Shown: positions 18,153 to 27,788 of the stretch, piece after piece
Numbering within the stretch: position 1 is the first letter of the stretch
Layout of the letters: each line of letters opens with the position of its first letter
Made by a program: the position numbers and the translations under genes
Source of the DNA: Thermomicrobiales bacterium
GTDB lineage: Bacteria > Chloroflexota > Chloroflexia > Thermomicrobiales > UBA6265
Assembly: GCA_041743205.1 (NCBI GenBank)
Contig: JBGTNF010000123.1
Location: 1 to 35,284, forward strand
DNA length: 35,284 nt
Reading direction: 5' to 3'
Notes under the pieces: generated by a model
Database searches by the model: none
Told to the model about the DNA's origin: nothing
The model's input: the letters and a program-made list of their open reading frames with translations, nothing else

Positions 18153-18890
18153 GTGTTGACCACCCTGCCCGGGTCCTACGCCACGGCGCTTGATGAGGCT
18201 TGCGAATACATCCGCGAGCGGTATCACCCGATCGGGATCGTCGTCAGCGGGACGATCGTGCGCGGCCAACCGCACGCCGCCAGTGACCTCGATCTCGTCG
18301 TCGTCCACGGGCCGGCCTGGCGGCAGCGCACGCAGCGCTTCTTCAACGGCGTGCCCGCCGAGATGTTCGTCAACCCCGCCTTCCAGATTCGGCGGCAAAT
18401 GACGGCCGACTCCCTCGCCGGCCGGCCAGTGATGGCCCACATGCTGGCGACCGGCGTCATCCTCGACGACGACACGGGAATCATGAGCACGCTCCGGGGG
18501 GAAGCCGAGGCCAGTCTCGCGGCCGGCCCGACCGTCCCGTCCGAGGCCCTGACCCAATTCCGGTACCGGATCGCCACCGCGTTCGAGGACGCCACTGATA
18601 TTCGGGACTTCGATGCAGACCGGGCTTACGCGATCGTCACCGAGGCGTTGACCGACGCGGTCAAGCTCCACTTCCTCCAGCAGAGCCGCTGGCTCCCCCG
18701 GTCCAAGGCGTTGCTCGCCGATCTCGATGTGCTCGATTCCGAACTCGGCGGCGATGTCCGATCGGCTCTCCGCTCACTGCAACTCGCTGAACGACTCGAC
18801 CTGGCGCGGCCGATCATCCATCGGGTCGTCGGCGCCGCCGGCTTCTTCGCATGGGAATCCGAACCGCAAGACCTCGTTCCTGAATCGTGA
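18153..18890 (+). CDS. Pol-beta-type nucleotidyltransferase domain protein
   Basis: hG[T] motif VSGTIVRG, SDLD, third acidic residue in PAEMF and a helical C-terminal domain; starts 2 nt after the decarboxylase stop. Confidence 0.72.
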   Translation: MLTTLPGSYATALDEACEYIRERYHPIGIVVSGTIVRGQPHAASDLDLVVVHGPAWRQRTQRFFNGVPAEMFVNPAFQIRRQMTADSLAGRPVMAHMLATGVILDDDTGIMSTLRGEAEASLAAGPTVPSEALTQFRYRIATAFEDATDIRDFDADRAYAIVTEALTDAVKLHFLQQSRWLPRSKALLADLDVLDSELGGDVRSALRSLQLAERLDLARPIIHRVVGAAGFFAWESEPQDLVPES

Positions 18891-19009
18891 CCCTGTCCCG
18901 AATACTGAGCCGCGCTCGGCGTCGACAACGACAAATGGTCCTCGCTCAGGCATACTACCTGTCGACAATGGACATCGTGACCGACCTGCGTATCGGAGAA
19001 CTTCGAGGG

Positions 19010-19453
19010 ATGACAGCACTAGGTGACGCGCCGATGGTCTGCCGGGGGATTCGCGGAGCCACCACCGCCGACGCGAATACGGCCGAGGATATCCTTGAAG
19101 CGACCGAGGAACTGGTGAAGGTCCTGATCCAGCTCAACGACCTTGATTCCGACCACATCGCCAGCGCCATTTTCACCACCACGCCGGACCTGACCGCCTG
19201 GTTTCCCGCCCTGGCCGCCCGGGAATTCGGCTGGACCGAGGTGCCGATGATCTGCACCCACGAGATGGCCGTTCCCGGTTCGCTCCAGAAGGCGGTCCGG
19301 GTGCTGGTGCACGTCAATACCACCCGCGGCGTCAGTGACATGCGGCACGTGTATCTCAAGGGCGCCAGGCAGTTGCGGCCCGAGTGGGGCATTTCCGACG
19401 CCGAGTTGGCCTCGGTGCTCGGCGCTGCCGAACCCATCGCGAGCACGACGTGA
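19010..19453 (+). CDS. aroH: Chorismate mutase, AroH class
   Basis: RGIRGATT, FTTTPDL..FPA.AAR, EMAVPGSL and HVYLKGARQLRP. The start is uncertain (18968, 19010 or 19034). Confidence 0.92.
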   Translation: MTALGDAPMVCRGIRGATTADANTAEDILEATEELVKVLIQLNDLDSDHIASAIFTTTPDLTAWFPALAAREFGWTEVPMICTHEMAVPGSLQKAVRVLVHVNTTRGVSDMRHVYLKGARQLRPEWGISDAELASVLGAAEPIASTT

Positions 19454-19542
19454 GCGCGCACGATTTGCCGCCGCGGGATTCCGCGATTCCCTGGAGTCCA
19501 TCGACCCTCTCCGGGCTGCTTGACATCATTGGAGCCACCAAC

Positions 19543-20583
19543 ATGATCATCATCATGAAGACCGGGACCGAACAGGACGTGATCACGCCGGTCATCGACC
19601 GCATCCAGCAGTTGGGACTCCAGGCGCATCCGATCATCGGCGAGGGCCAGGCGATCGTCGGCGTGGTCGGGCTGCCGCTGCCGCCCTCGCTCGACGAGAT
19701 GTTCGAGGTCATGCCCGGCGTCGAGCGCGTGGTTCGGGTTTCCAAGAAGTACAAGCTGGCGGGCTGGGATTTCCACCCGCACAAGACGGTGATCCAGATT
19801 GGCGACGTCGCGATCGGCGGCGACGAGGTGACGATCATCGCCGGTCCCTGCTCCGTGGAGACCGAAGAGCAGACCCTGGAAGCGGCCCGCGCCGTCCAGG
19901 CCGCCGGCGCCAAACTGCTTCGGGGCGGGGCCTACAAGCCACGAACGTCGCCCTATGAGTTCCGGGGCCTCGGCGTGCAGGGGCTCGAAATCCTGGCCCG
20001 GGCGCGGGAGGAAACCGGGCTCAAGATCATCACCGAGGTCATGACGCCCTCCGATGTGGAGGTCGTCGGGCAGTACACCGATGTCTTCCAGATCGGCGCC
20101 CGCAACTGCCAGAATTACCTGCTTCTCGAAGAAGTCGGCAAGGCCAACAAGCCGGTCATGCTCAAGCGTGGCCTCTCGCTGCTGATCGAGGAGTGGCTGC
20201 TGGCGGCCGAGTACGTGATGGCCCAGGGCAACCCGAACGTGATCCTCTGCGAGCGCGGCATCCGCACCTTCGAGAACGCCACCCGCAACACGCTCGATGT
20301 CAGCGCAGTGCCCGTGATCCAGAGCATGTCGCACCTGCCGGTGTTCATCGATCCCAGCCATGCCGCCGGCAAACGCGCCTACGTCGCCCCGCTGGCTCTC
20401 GCCGGGATCGCCGCCGGGGCCGATGGGCTCATGATCGAGGTTCACCCGAATCCGGACATGGCGATGTCGGACGGCGCCCAATCGCTCGATTTCACCGAGT
20501 TCGCGCACCTGATGCCGAAGATGAGCGCCGTCGCCGGCGCCGTGAACCGGCAGTTGCCGATTCCGGCGGGGGCGGGCGTGTAG
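19543..20583 (+). CDS. aroF: DAHP synthase, type I-beta with N-terminal regulatory domain
   Basis: IAGPCSVE, RGGAYKPRTSPY, QIGARN, LCERGIR and DPSHAAG; GGAG RBS. Confidence 0.95.
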   Translation: MIIIMKTGTEQDVITPVIDRIQQLGLQAHPIIGEGQAIVGVVGLPLPPSLDEMFEVMPGVERVVRVSKKYKLAGWDFHPHKTVIQIGDVAIGGDEVTIIAGPCSVETEEQTLEAARAVQAAGAKLLRGGAYKPRTSPYEFRGLGVQGLEILARAREETGLKIITEVMTPSDVEVVGQYTDVFQIGARNCQNYLLLEEVGKANKPVMLKRGLSLLIEEWLLAAEYVMAQGNPNVILCERGIRTFENATRNTLDVSAVPVIQSMSHLPVFIDPSHAAGKRAYVAPLALAGIAAGADGLMIEVHPNPDMAMSDGAQSLDFTEFAHLMPKMSAVAGAVNRQLPIPAGAGV

Positions 20584-20637
20584 TCGAAGATCCGCTCCCA
20601 ACCATCTTGGCTGCCCTTGTTTCGGCGATGTATTCGT

Positions 20638-20825
20638 GTCGTAGGGACGGACCTGATTCGACCGCGAACCTCATCTGGCAAACCATGTCCTTGTCGAATC
20701 TGTCGTCCGCCCGGTGTGACACGTCCGGTAAATTCGATCCACCACCATCCGGGCGGACACAGCATCGACAAAACCATGACGGCGTAATCAGCGTTTGCGG
20801 TCGATGCAGGTTCCGCCCCTACGAC
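20638..20825. repeat. 188-bp imperfect palindrome with GTAG ends (REPIN/MITE-like)
   Basis: Left end GTCGTAGGGACGG-ACCTGATTCGACCGCGAAC; right end reverse-complemented GTCGTAGGGGCGGAACCTGCATCGACCGCAAAC. Inner arms TTGTCGAATCTGTCGTCCGCCCGG and CCGGGCGGACACAGCATCGACAA also pair. Confidence 0.7.
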
Positions 20826-20930
20826 TGACCGAAATGTGCATATCCCGCCACAAGGGCGGCCACTACCGGCACAGATCGTCTCGAACAGTCACTGATTGCC
20901 CCCTCCCAACGACCTGAAAGCCCATCCCGC

Positions 20931-22139
20931 ATGACCAAACCGACATCCAGGTACTCGGTGCTGCTGCTGGTGGCGTTCCTGGCCTTCATCAGCATCGGGT
21001 TGCCGGACGCCGTTCTGGGCGTCGCCTGGCCGTCGATCCGGGACACGTTCGACCGCCCCCGCGCCGACCTCGGTTTCATCCTCTTTGCATCGGGCGCGGG
21101 CTACTTCAGTTCGGGCGCGCTCGCCGGCAAGGCGATCGAATGGCTTGGCGTGGGCCGGTTGCTGGCCGTGAGCACCGCCGCCGTTTCGATCGGCCTGTTC
21201 GGCTACGCCGTCGCTCCGGCGTTCCCGGTGCTAATGGCGGTGGCGGCGCTGATCGGGTTCGGTTCCGGCGCCGTCGACGCCGGTCTCAACTTTTATGCCT
21301 CGGAACACTTCTCCGTCACGGTCATGAACTGGCTGCACGCCTTTTTCGGGATCGGCGCCATGGTCGGCCCGTTCATCATGGCCGGGGTGCTCGCCGCCGA
21401 CGGCAGCTGGCGGATCGGCTACGTTATCGTCGGGGCCGCGTCGGCCCTGATGGCGGTCACGTTCGTGATCACCGAACGCCGCTGGACCGATGGCGCCCAC
21501 CACGCCGAAACGGCGCGTCCAGCCTCGGCGGCGGTCAGCCACGTCTTGCGCCAGCCGCTGGTTTGGCTCCAGTTGACCTTGTTCTTCTTCATGACGGGGA
21601 TCGAAGCCGGGGCCGGGGCCTGGTCCTACACCATGCTGTTCGAGAAATTTGATCTCGATGCCGGGGAGGCGGGACTCTGGGCCGGATTCTACTGGGGAAT
21701 GATCGCCCTCGGCCGGCTGGTGTTGTCGCCGCTGTCGCGCAGCCTGGCCCCAGCCAAACTGATCCAGTTCGGGACGTTCGGGCTGCTGCTCGGAGCGCTG
21801 TTGATGACGCGTGACCAGGTGTGGCTGTTCCAGGCTGGCCTGCTCGTCTTCGGGTTCGCGATGGCGCCGCTCTTCCCGACCTTGATGTCCCTGACGCCGG
21901 CTCGGCTCGGCTCCACCCTCTCGCTGCACGCGATCGGTTTCCAGGTCAGCGCGGCGGTGCTGGGCGGGGCCGCGATCCCGACCTTCGCCGGCATCCTGGC
22001 CGGCCGCACGGCCCTCGACGCCATTCCCTGGACCCTCGCGGCCGGCGCCGCGATCGTGATCGGGCTGGAAACGATCCTCCGCAGCCGGGACGTGCGCCTG
22101 GCGCCGGCTGCCACGCCGGGCGCATCCGGCGCAGGGTAA
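20931..22139 (+). CDS. MFS transporter
   Basis: About 12 TM segments; GLPDAVLGVAWPSI, GAVDAGLN, NWLHAFFGIGA and APLFP. Confidence 0.88.
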   Translation: MTKPTSRYSVLLLVAFLAFISIGLPDAVLGVAWPSIRDTFDRPRADLGFILFASGAGYFSSGALAGKAIEWLGVGRLLAVSTAAVSIGLFGYAVAPAFPVLMAVAALIGFGSGAVDAGLNFYASEHFSVTVMNWLHAFFGIGAMVGPFIMAGVLAADGSWRIGYVIVGAASALMAVTFVITERRWTDGAHHAETARPASAAVSHVLRQPLVWLQLTLFFFMTGIEAGAGAWSYTMLFEKFDLDAGEAGLWAGFYWGMIALGRLVLSPLSRSLAPAKLIQFGTFGLLLGALLMTRDQVWLFQAGLLVFGFAMAPLFPTLMSLTPARLGSTLSLHAIGFQVSAAVLGGAAIPTFAGILAGRTALDAIPWTLAAGAAIVIGLETILRSRDVRLAPAATPGASGAG

Positions 22140-22422
22140 GGGAAGGGGTCGGGGTCGTTCGATCGAGCGCCGGACGCGTCTCTCGGGATGGCCGCATGTC
22201 GCCTGGCCGAGTTTGGGGGCCGCGACCCTTTGTAAACGACATGACGTTACCCGCGGTCAGGCGGCCCGGCCCGGATTCCTGATCGTGCCCGGCCCCTTGG
22301 TCCAAACCAGGTTCTGGCCAAACCACGTACGATAGATCGACCGAGGATCCATGCGGGCAGGATCGACATCGCCAGATGCCGGCCCACGCGGTAGAGGTCC
22401 GGAATTGATTGGCGTCACGGAA

Positions 22423-23598
22423 ATGGGTCAAGACATGGGTCGTGGGCAATCGCAGGTGTCGGATGACGTGCCGGCACAGACATCTGGACCAACCATTGCG
22501 TGGTGGCGCGGCTCTGCAATCGCCGGCCTTGCGCTGGCTGCGGCTTTGGGCGGTCTGGTGCTGGTCTGGTTGCTGGCGCGGCCGTTGACACTGCTCCTGA
22601 TCGCGATCGTCATCGCTCAGGTCCTGGCGCCGGTGGTCGGCTGGCTGGAACGCTGGTTGCCGCGGGGCATCGCGATTGTGCTCGTCTATCTCGCGCTGAT
22701 GCTGGCGGTTGGCGGGCTCGGCGCGATCGTCGTACCGCCGCTGGTGAGCGAGGGGCAATCGCTGGTGCTGAATGCGCCGGAACTCGTAACCAGGTCGCGC
22801 GAGTGGCTCCGGGGCATCGATCCGGATAGCGCCGCCCGCGTCTCGGCTGCCGTGCAATCCGCGATCGACCGCTTCTCCGACGTGCTGCTTGCGCTGCCGT
22901 TCACGCTCTTTTCATCGGCAATCGACGTCATCCTGGTCGTCTTCATGTCCATTTACTGGCTGATCGCCACGCCAGCCCTGAGCCGGTTCGCGCTCTCGCT
23001 TTTTCCGCCCCGGCATCGACGGCGGGTCAACGATGTGTTGAACGCGATGGGACGAACGATGGGCGGCTACGTCCGCGCCACGGCGATCAATGGAATCATC
23101 ATAGGGGTCATGACCTATATCGGCCTGGCCGTGATCGGCGTGCAATTCACGTTGGTATTGGCTGTGCTGGCGGGCCTCGGCGAGTTCCTGCCGGTGCTGG
23201 GACCCATCCTTGCCGCGATCCCGGCGATTGCGGTTGCCCTCATCGAATCCCCGCAGCAGGCGATCGTCGTGACCGTCTTCTTCATTGCGCTGCAGCAATT
23301 GGAGAGCAACCTGCTCGTACCGTACATAATGCGCCAGCAGGCCGACGTCCCTCCGTTGTTGTCCCTCTTCGGCCTGCTGGCCGGATCGGCGCTAGGCGGT
23401 CTTCTGGGCGCCATCGTCGCGATTCCGCTGGCCGGAGCGCTCCGGATCGTGGTTGTCCAGGTTCTGGCCCCTGCGGAACGGGAATGGTCCGGGGCCGTGA
23501 GCGAGGACGGGCCGAGTGGTCCGGAGCCAACGCCGGTTGAGGACGGGTTAGCACAAATGGCCGGGAACGAGGAGCGCAATCGCGTGTCAGGCGCCTGA
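22423..23598 (+). CDS. AI-2E family transporter
   Basis: L.PVV.WLER, GGYVRA, EFLPVLGP, QQLESNLLVP and GGLLGAIVAIP. The start is uncertain (22423-22468). Confidence 0.85.
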   Translation: MGQDMGRGQSQVSDDVPAQTSGPTIAWWRGSAIAGLALAAALGGLVLVWLLARPLTLLLIAIVIAQVLAPVVGWLERWLPRGIAIVLVYLALMLAVGGLGAIVVPPLVSEGQSLVLNAPELVTRSREWLRGIDPDSAARVSAAVQSAIDRFSDVLLALPFTLFSSAIDVILVVFMSIYWLIATPALSRFALSLFPPRHRRRVNDVLNAMGRTMGGYVRATAINGIIIGVMTYIGLAVIGVQFTLVLAVLAGLGEFLPVLGPILAAIPAIAVALIESPQQAIVVTVFFIALQQLESNLLVPYIMRQQADVPPLLSLFGLLAGSALGGLLGAIVAIPLAGALRIVVVQVLAPAEREWSGAVSEDGPSGPEPTPVEDGLAQMAGNEERNRVSGA

Positions 23599-23609
23599 AC
23601 GGCGGCAGA

Positions 23610-24992
23610 ATGATCATCCGTGAGACGCTCCGGTGAACGATCGCGTCGTTCCTCGCCATTCCAACGGGCATCATTGCCTTGTTCGTGCTTGTCGTGATTG
23701 GCGCCTATGGTCTTGACCAGGCAAATTCCGAACTCCTGCGGCCATTCCGCAGTTTCATGCAGGATTACGTGTTCGGAGATTCCGAGTCGACATCCACGTT
23801 GTTGGGCACGATTGCCACCGGCGTGATCACGATCACGTCGATCACGGTCTCACTGTTGTTGCTTGCCTTGCAGCAGTCGGCCGGTTCGCTTACCCACCAG
23901 GTCTTCGACCAGTTCTTGGGGCGGCGTCTCAACCAGATCTACTTCGGGTTCTTCGTGGGTATGGCCGTGTACGCCCTGATTATCCTGGCCACCGTCGACC
24001 CGCCCTTCAATCCGGTGCTCGCCGCCACGCTGGCGCTCTCCCTGGCCATCGTGGCGCTCTACATCCTGCTGCTGCTGATTCACTCCACCATCAGCCAGAT
24101 GCGCCCGTCGGAGATCATCAAGGCAATCCACGATCATACGTTGAAGGCCAGGGAGCGCCAGCTCGCGCTGGTTTGTCGGACCCGACGGACCACCCGGTTG
24201 CCGGAGCTGCCGGCCTGGCCGGTGACGATGTTGCGGGAAGGGTATCTGACCGCGCTGGACCTCGACGCCCTGGGCCGGGCCATCGACGACGCGGCGGGCG
24301 ACGTCGAGATCGAGATCCTCTGCTCAAGTGGCGTCTTCGTGGCCTACGGAGACCGGATCGCACGGGTGAGAAGCGGTTCAAGCGACGATGGGGATTGGCT
24401 GACGACGGCGGTCCGGAACGTCATCAGGCTCCACCAGGTGCGTCAGCTCGACAACGACCCCGCCTGCGGCAACGAGCAGCGGTAAACGATCGCCAGGCAA
24501 TCGATTTCCACGTCCCAGCAAAATCCGTCTCCGGGAAAGATCGTCATTCACAACCTGCGGGATCTTCTGGCGCGGTGGGCCGGCGGGGGCAATGACGACG
24601 GCGAACCCAATGGGCAGGTGCTCACGATCGTGTATCCAGACGACGTGATGGACCACCCGATGGGCGCCTTTGAATCGCTGGCCGTGGTGGCCTCGGAATC
24701 GATGCAGCATCAAACCCTGGCCGCCATCGTGCAAACGTTCGCGACCACCTTCGAGCGCCTGCCATTGCGGGAACGGCTTCGCGTTGAAGACCTGGTGCTG
24801 AGAACGCTGTCCGGGCTGGGCGACCACATGCTGACTGCGGAGCTCGACGAGAGATTGTCCGATCTGGTGACCGTCCTCGAGGGTACGGGGCAGAGCGCGA
24901 CCTCGGCGGCCGTACGCAGGACCCAGACTGACCTGGCGGTCAGCATCGGCACGCTCAACTCCCGGTCCACCCGCGTTCCCGGCGGTGACTGA
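23610..24992 (+). pseudogene. DUF2254-like membrane protein with two in-frame stop codons
   Basis: One frame runs from ATG 23610 (MIIRETLR*TIASFLAIP, TGA 23634-23636) through ORF 23679-24485 (TAA 24483-24485), continues as TIARQSISTSQQNPSPG and joins ORF 24618-24992. Confidence 0.75.
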
Positions 24993-25086
24993 AGGCGGCA
25001 TCGCTTCTAGGCCGAAGATCCTCGCTTGCCCGGCGCGGCCTGGAGCGGGTTGGGAAACTCCACACCACCGACGGACACCGGGCGCC

Positions 25087-26355
25087 TCAAAAGCCGGACG
25101 GTTTCCTAAAAAGCAATGAAACGTTATGTCCACCGAAGCCCATAGAATTGGACATCGCCACATCGATGCTTTGTGGCCGCGAGGCGCCGGGGATGTAGTC
25201 CAGGTCGCAGGCCGGGTCCGGCGTCTCCAGGTTGAGCGTCGACGGCAGGATGCCGTCTTCCAGCGCCTGGATCGCAATCACCGTTTCCAGCGCGCCGGCC
25301 GCCCCGAGCAAATGGCCGGTCCGAGACTTGGTGGAACTGATCGGCAACCGGCGCGCTGAGTCCCCGAACGCCCGCTTGATCGCTACCGTTTCCAGCTCGT
25401 CGTTCATCGTGGTGCCAGTGCCGTGGGCGTTCAGGTAGCCCACTTCACCGGGGGACAGTCCTGCTTCTTCCAGGGCATTCGACATCGCCCGAGCCAGTCC
25501 GTCGCCATCCGGCGCAATCTGGACGTCATGGTAAGCGTCGCCAGTCGAGCCGTACCCAGCGAACTCGGCAAGGATGGTCGCGCCGCGAGCCACCGCCTGG
25601 TCGCGCCGTTCGAGGACGAGCATCGCCGCCCCTTCCCCCAACGCGCAGCCATCGCGGTAGAGATCGAACGGGCGTACTGCCTGGGACGGGTCGTTGTTGC
25701 GCCGCGACAGCGATTGCAGAGCCGCGAAGCCGGCCATCATGATCCCCGTAATCGGCGCTTCCGCGCCGCCCGCGATCATCGTGTCTGCCCGCCCCGACTG
25801 GATCATCCGCATCGCTTCGCCGATGGCGTTTGCCGAGCTCGCGAACGCCGAGGCGTAGGCGAACGCTGGTCCCCTGGCTCCGAGGTCGATCGCGATCATG
25901 CCGGGCGCGATGTTGGGGATGGTCATCGGCACCGCGAACGGCGAAATCCGCTTCGGTCCCTTGGTCAGCATCGTGTCCGCCGTCTGGACGAACGTTTCCA
26001 CTCCGCCGAACGCGCTGCCGACCACAACGCCCACCCGGGTCGAATCGGCGGCCACATCGAGCCGGGCGTGGGCGACGGCCTCCCGCGCCGTGACCGACGC
26101 GAATTGCGTGAAGCGGTCCATCCGCCTTGCCTGTTTCCGGTCGAGCACGGCGCCCGGGTCGAAATCGAGGACCTCGGCGGCGAATGAGGTCGGGTAGTCT
26201 GTCGCGTCGAAGCGGGTAATGGTCCGCAGCCCCGACGTATCGGCGCGCACCCCGAGCCGCAGGCAACCGGCGTTCAGGCCCAGCGCCGAAATGGCCCCGT
26301 ACCCGGTGACCACGACGCGTGGTGGTGATTCGTTGGAGTCGTCCCGGCTGTTCAC
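25087..26355 (-). CDS. FabF-like ketosynthase paralogue with catalytic Cys replaced by Phe
   Basis: Colinear with the upstream FabF. ASAFASS replaces SACASS; NAHGTGT, KSRTGHLLGAAG and SNSMGFGGHN are intact. Its GTG 26355 overlaps the upstream TGA. Confidence 0.8.
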   Translation of the reverse strand: MNSRDDSNESPPRVVVTGYGAISALGLNAGCLRLGVRADTSGLRTITRFDATDYPTSFAAEVLDFDPGAVLDRKQARRMDRFTQFASVTAREAVAHARLDVAADSTRVGVVVGSAFGGVETFVQTADTMLTKGPKRISPFAVPMTIPNIAPGMIAIDLGARGPAFAYASAFASSANAIGEAMRMIQSGRADTMIAGGAEAPITGIMMAGFAALQSLSRRNNDPSQAVRPFDLYRDGCALGEGAAMLVLERRDQAVARGATILAEFAGYGSTGDAYHDVQIAPDGDGLARAMSNALEEAGLSPGEVGYLNAHGTGTTMNDELETVAIKRAFGDSARRLPISSTKSRTGHLLGAAGALETVIAIQALEDGILPSTLNLETPDPACDLDYIPGASRPQSIDVAMSNSMGFGGHNVSLLFRKPSGF

Positions 26356-27641
26356 GGTGCGCGCTGATCCGCCCGCGCCAGCACCAGCGACACGTTGTGC
26401 CCGCCGAAGCCCATCGAGTTCGACATCGCGAACCGGATTTCCCCGGGTCGGGCGGTGTTGGGAATGGTGTCCAGCGGGCAATCCGGGTCTGGCGTCACCT
26501 GGTTGATCGTCGGCGGGATCAGGCTCGCGTCCATCGCGGCGATCGTGATCAGCGCCTCCATCGAGCCCGCGGCACCCAGCAGGTGGCCGGTCATCGACTT
26601 GGTCGAGCTGATCGGGATCGTGCCCGCCCGCTCGCCGAAGACGCGCTGCACCGCCTGGGTTTCCAGCTTCTCGTTGAGTTGGGTGGAGGTGCCGTGCGCG
26701 TTGATGTAGTCGATCTCGTCGTTCGTCACCCCGGCGTCGTCGAGGGCGATGTTCATCGCGCGGGCCGCCCCTTCCCCGCCAGGAGCCGGCTGCACCATGT
26801 GGTTGGCGTCGTCGGTCGTGCCGTAACCGACGATCTCGGCCAGGACCGTGGCGCCCCGGGCGAGAGCGTGCCCGCGTTCCTCGAGGATCAGCACGGCGGC
26901 GCCCTCGGCCAGTACGAACCCGTCGCGTTCGAGATCGAACGGCCGGCTGGCCGCTTCCGGATCGTCGTTGCGCGTCGAAAGCGCGCCCATCGCGTTGAAC
27001 CCGCCAATGCCCATCCTGGTAATGGCCGCTTCACCACCGCCCGCGACCATCGCGTCGACGATACCGCTGCGGATCATCAGCGTGGCTTCGCCAAGGGCGT
27101 GGGCCGAACTGGCGCAGGCCGATACGGTCCCGAAGTTTGGCCCCTTGGCTCCGAGGTCGATCGAGACGGTGCCGGACGCCATGTTGGGCAACATCATCGG
27201 GACGAAGAACGGCGAGATTCGCTTGGGACCGCTGGTTAACAAGGTCTCGACGCCGGCCTCGAACGTTTCCATGCCGCCCATGCCGGTGCCGACCAGGACC
27301 CCGACCCGAGTCGCTTCGGACCGGATATCGAGACCGGATTGGACGGCCGCCTCGCGCGCCGCCGCCACCGACAGCTGGGTGTAGCGGTCCATCCGGCGGC
27401 TTTCCTTGCGCCCCAGCTCGGAAGCCGGATCGAATCCCTTGACCTCCCCGGCGAAGCGGGTTTCGAAGCCTTCCGCGTCGAACCGGGTGATGGGCGCGAT
27501 GCCGGAGGTTCCGGCTGCGACGGCGCGCCAGATGGACGCGGCGTCGTTGCCGACGGCGCAGAGCCCCCCGGCCCCGGTGACGACGACGCGCCGCCGGTTC
27601 GCATGCGAAGGTGATCGATCGATTGACGAAGACATCGTCAT
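26352..27641 (-). CDS. fabF: 3-oxoacyl-ACP synthase II
   Basis: RRVVVTG, SACASS (catalytic Cys), NAHGTST, KSMTGHLLG and SMGFGGHN. Confidence 0.93.
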   Translation of the reverse strand: MTMSSSIDRSPSHANRRRVVVTGAGGLCAVGNDAASIWRAVAAGTSGIAPITRFDAEGFETRFAGEVKGFDPASELGRKESRRMDRYTQLSVAAAREAAVQSGLDIRSEATRVGVLVGTGMGGMETFEAGVETLLTSGPKRISPFFVPMMLPNMASGTVSIDLGAKGPNFGTVSACASSAHALGEATLMIRSGIVDAMVAGGGEAAITRMGIGGFNAMGALSTRNDDPEAASRPFDLERDGFVLAEGAAVLILEERGHALARGATVLAEIVGYGTTDDANHMVQPAPGGEGAARAMNIALDDAGVTNDEIDYINAHGTSTQLNEKLETQAVQRVFGERAGTIPISSTKSMTGHLLGAAGSMEALITIAAMDASLIPPTINQVTPDPDCPLDTIPNTARPGEIRFAMSNSMGFGGHNVSLVLARADQRAP

Positions 27642-27751
27642 TGCATCCCTGGATGTGCCGCGTGGTGGTCGTCCGGTGGCTCGTGCCGCGAATCGTTCCC
27701 GAACCGTTTGGGTCGAGTGTACATGAGGCGGCTGGCGGAACCCGGCGCTGG

Positions 27752-27780
27752 TTGAATCGCGGTTCCGACCATGCTACGCT
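27752..27780 (+). promoter_or_regulatory. Sigma70-type promoter of the 6S RNA
   Basis: -35 TTGAAT 27752-27757, 17 nt, TG-C-TACGCT -10 at 27775-27780, 8 nt before the RNA 5' stem. Confidence 0.7.
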
Positions 27781-27788
27781 CACTGCTC

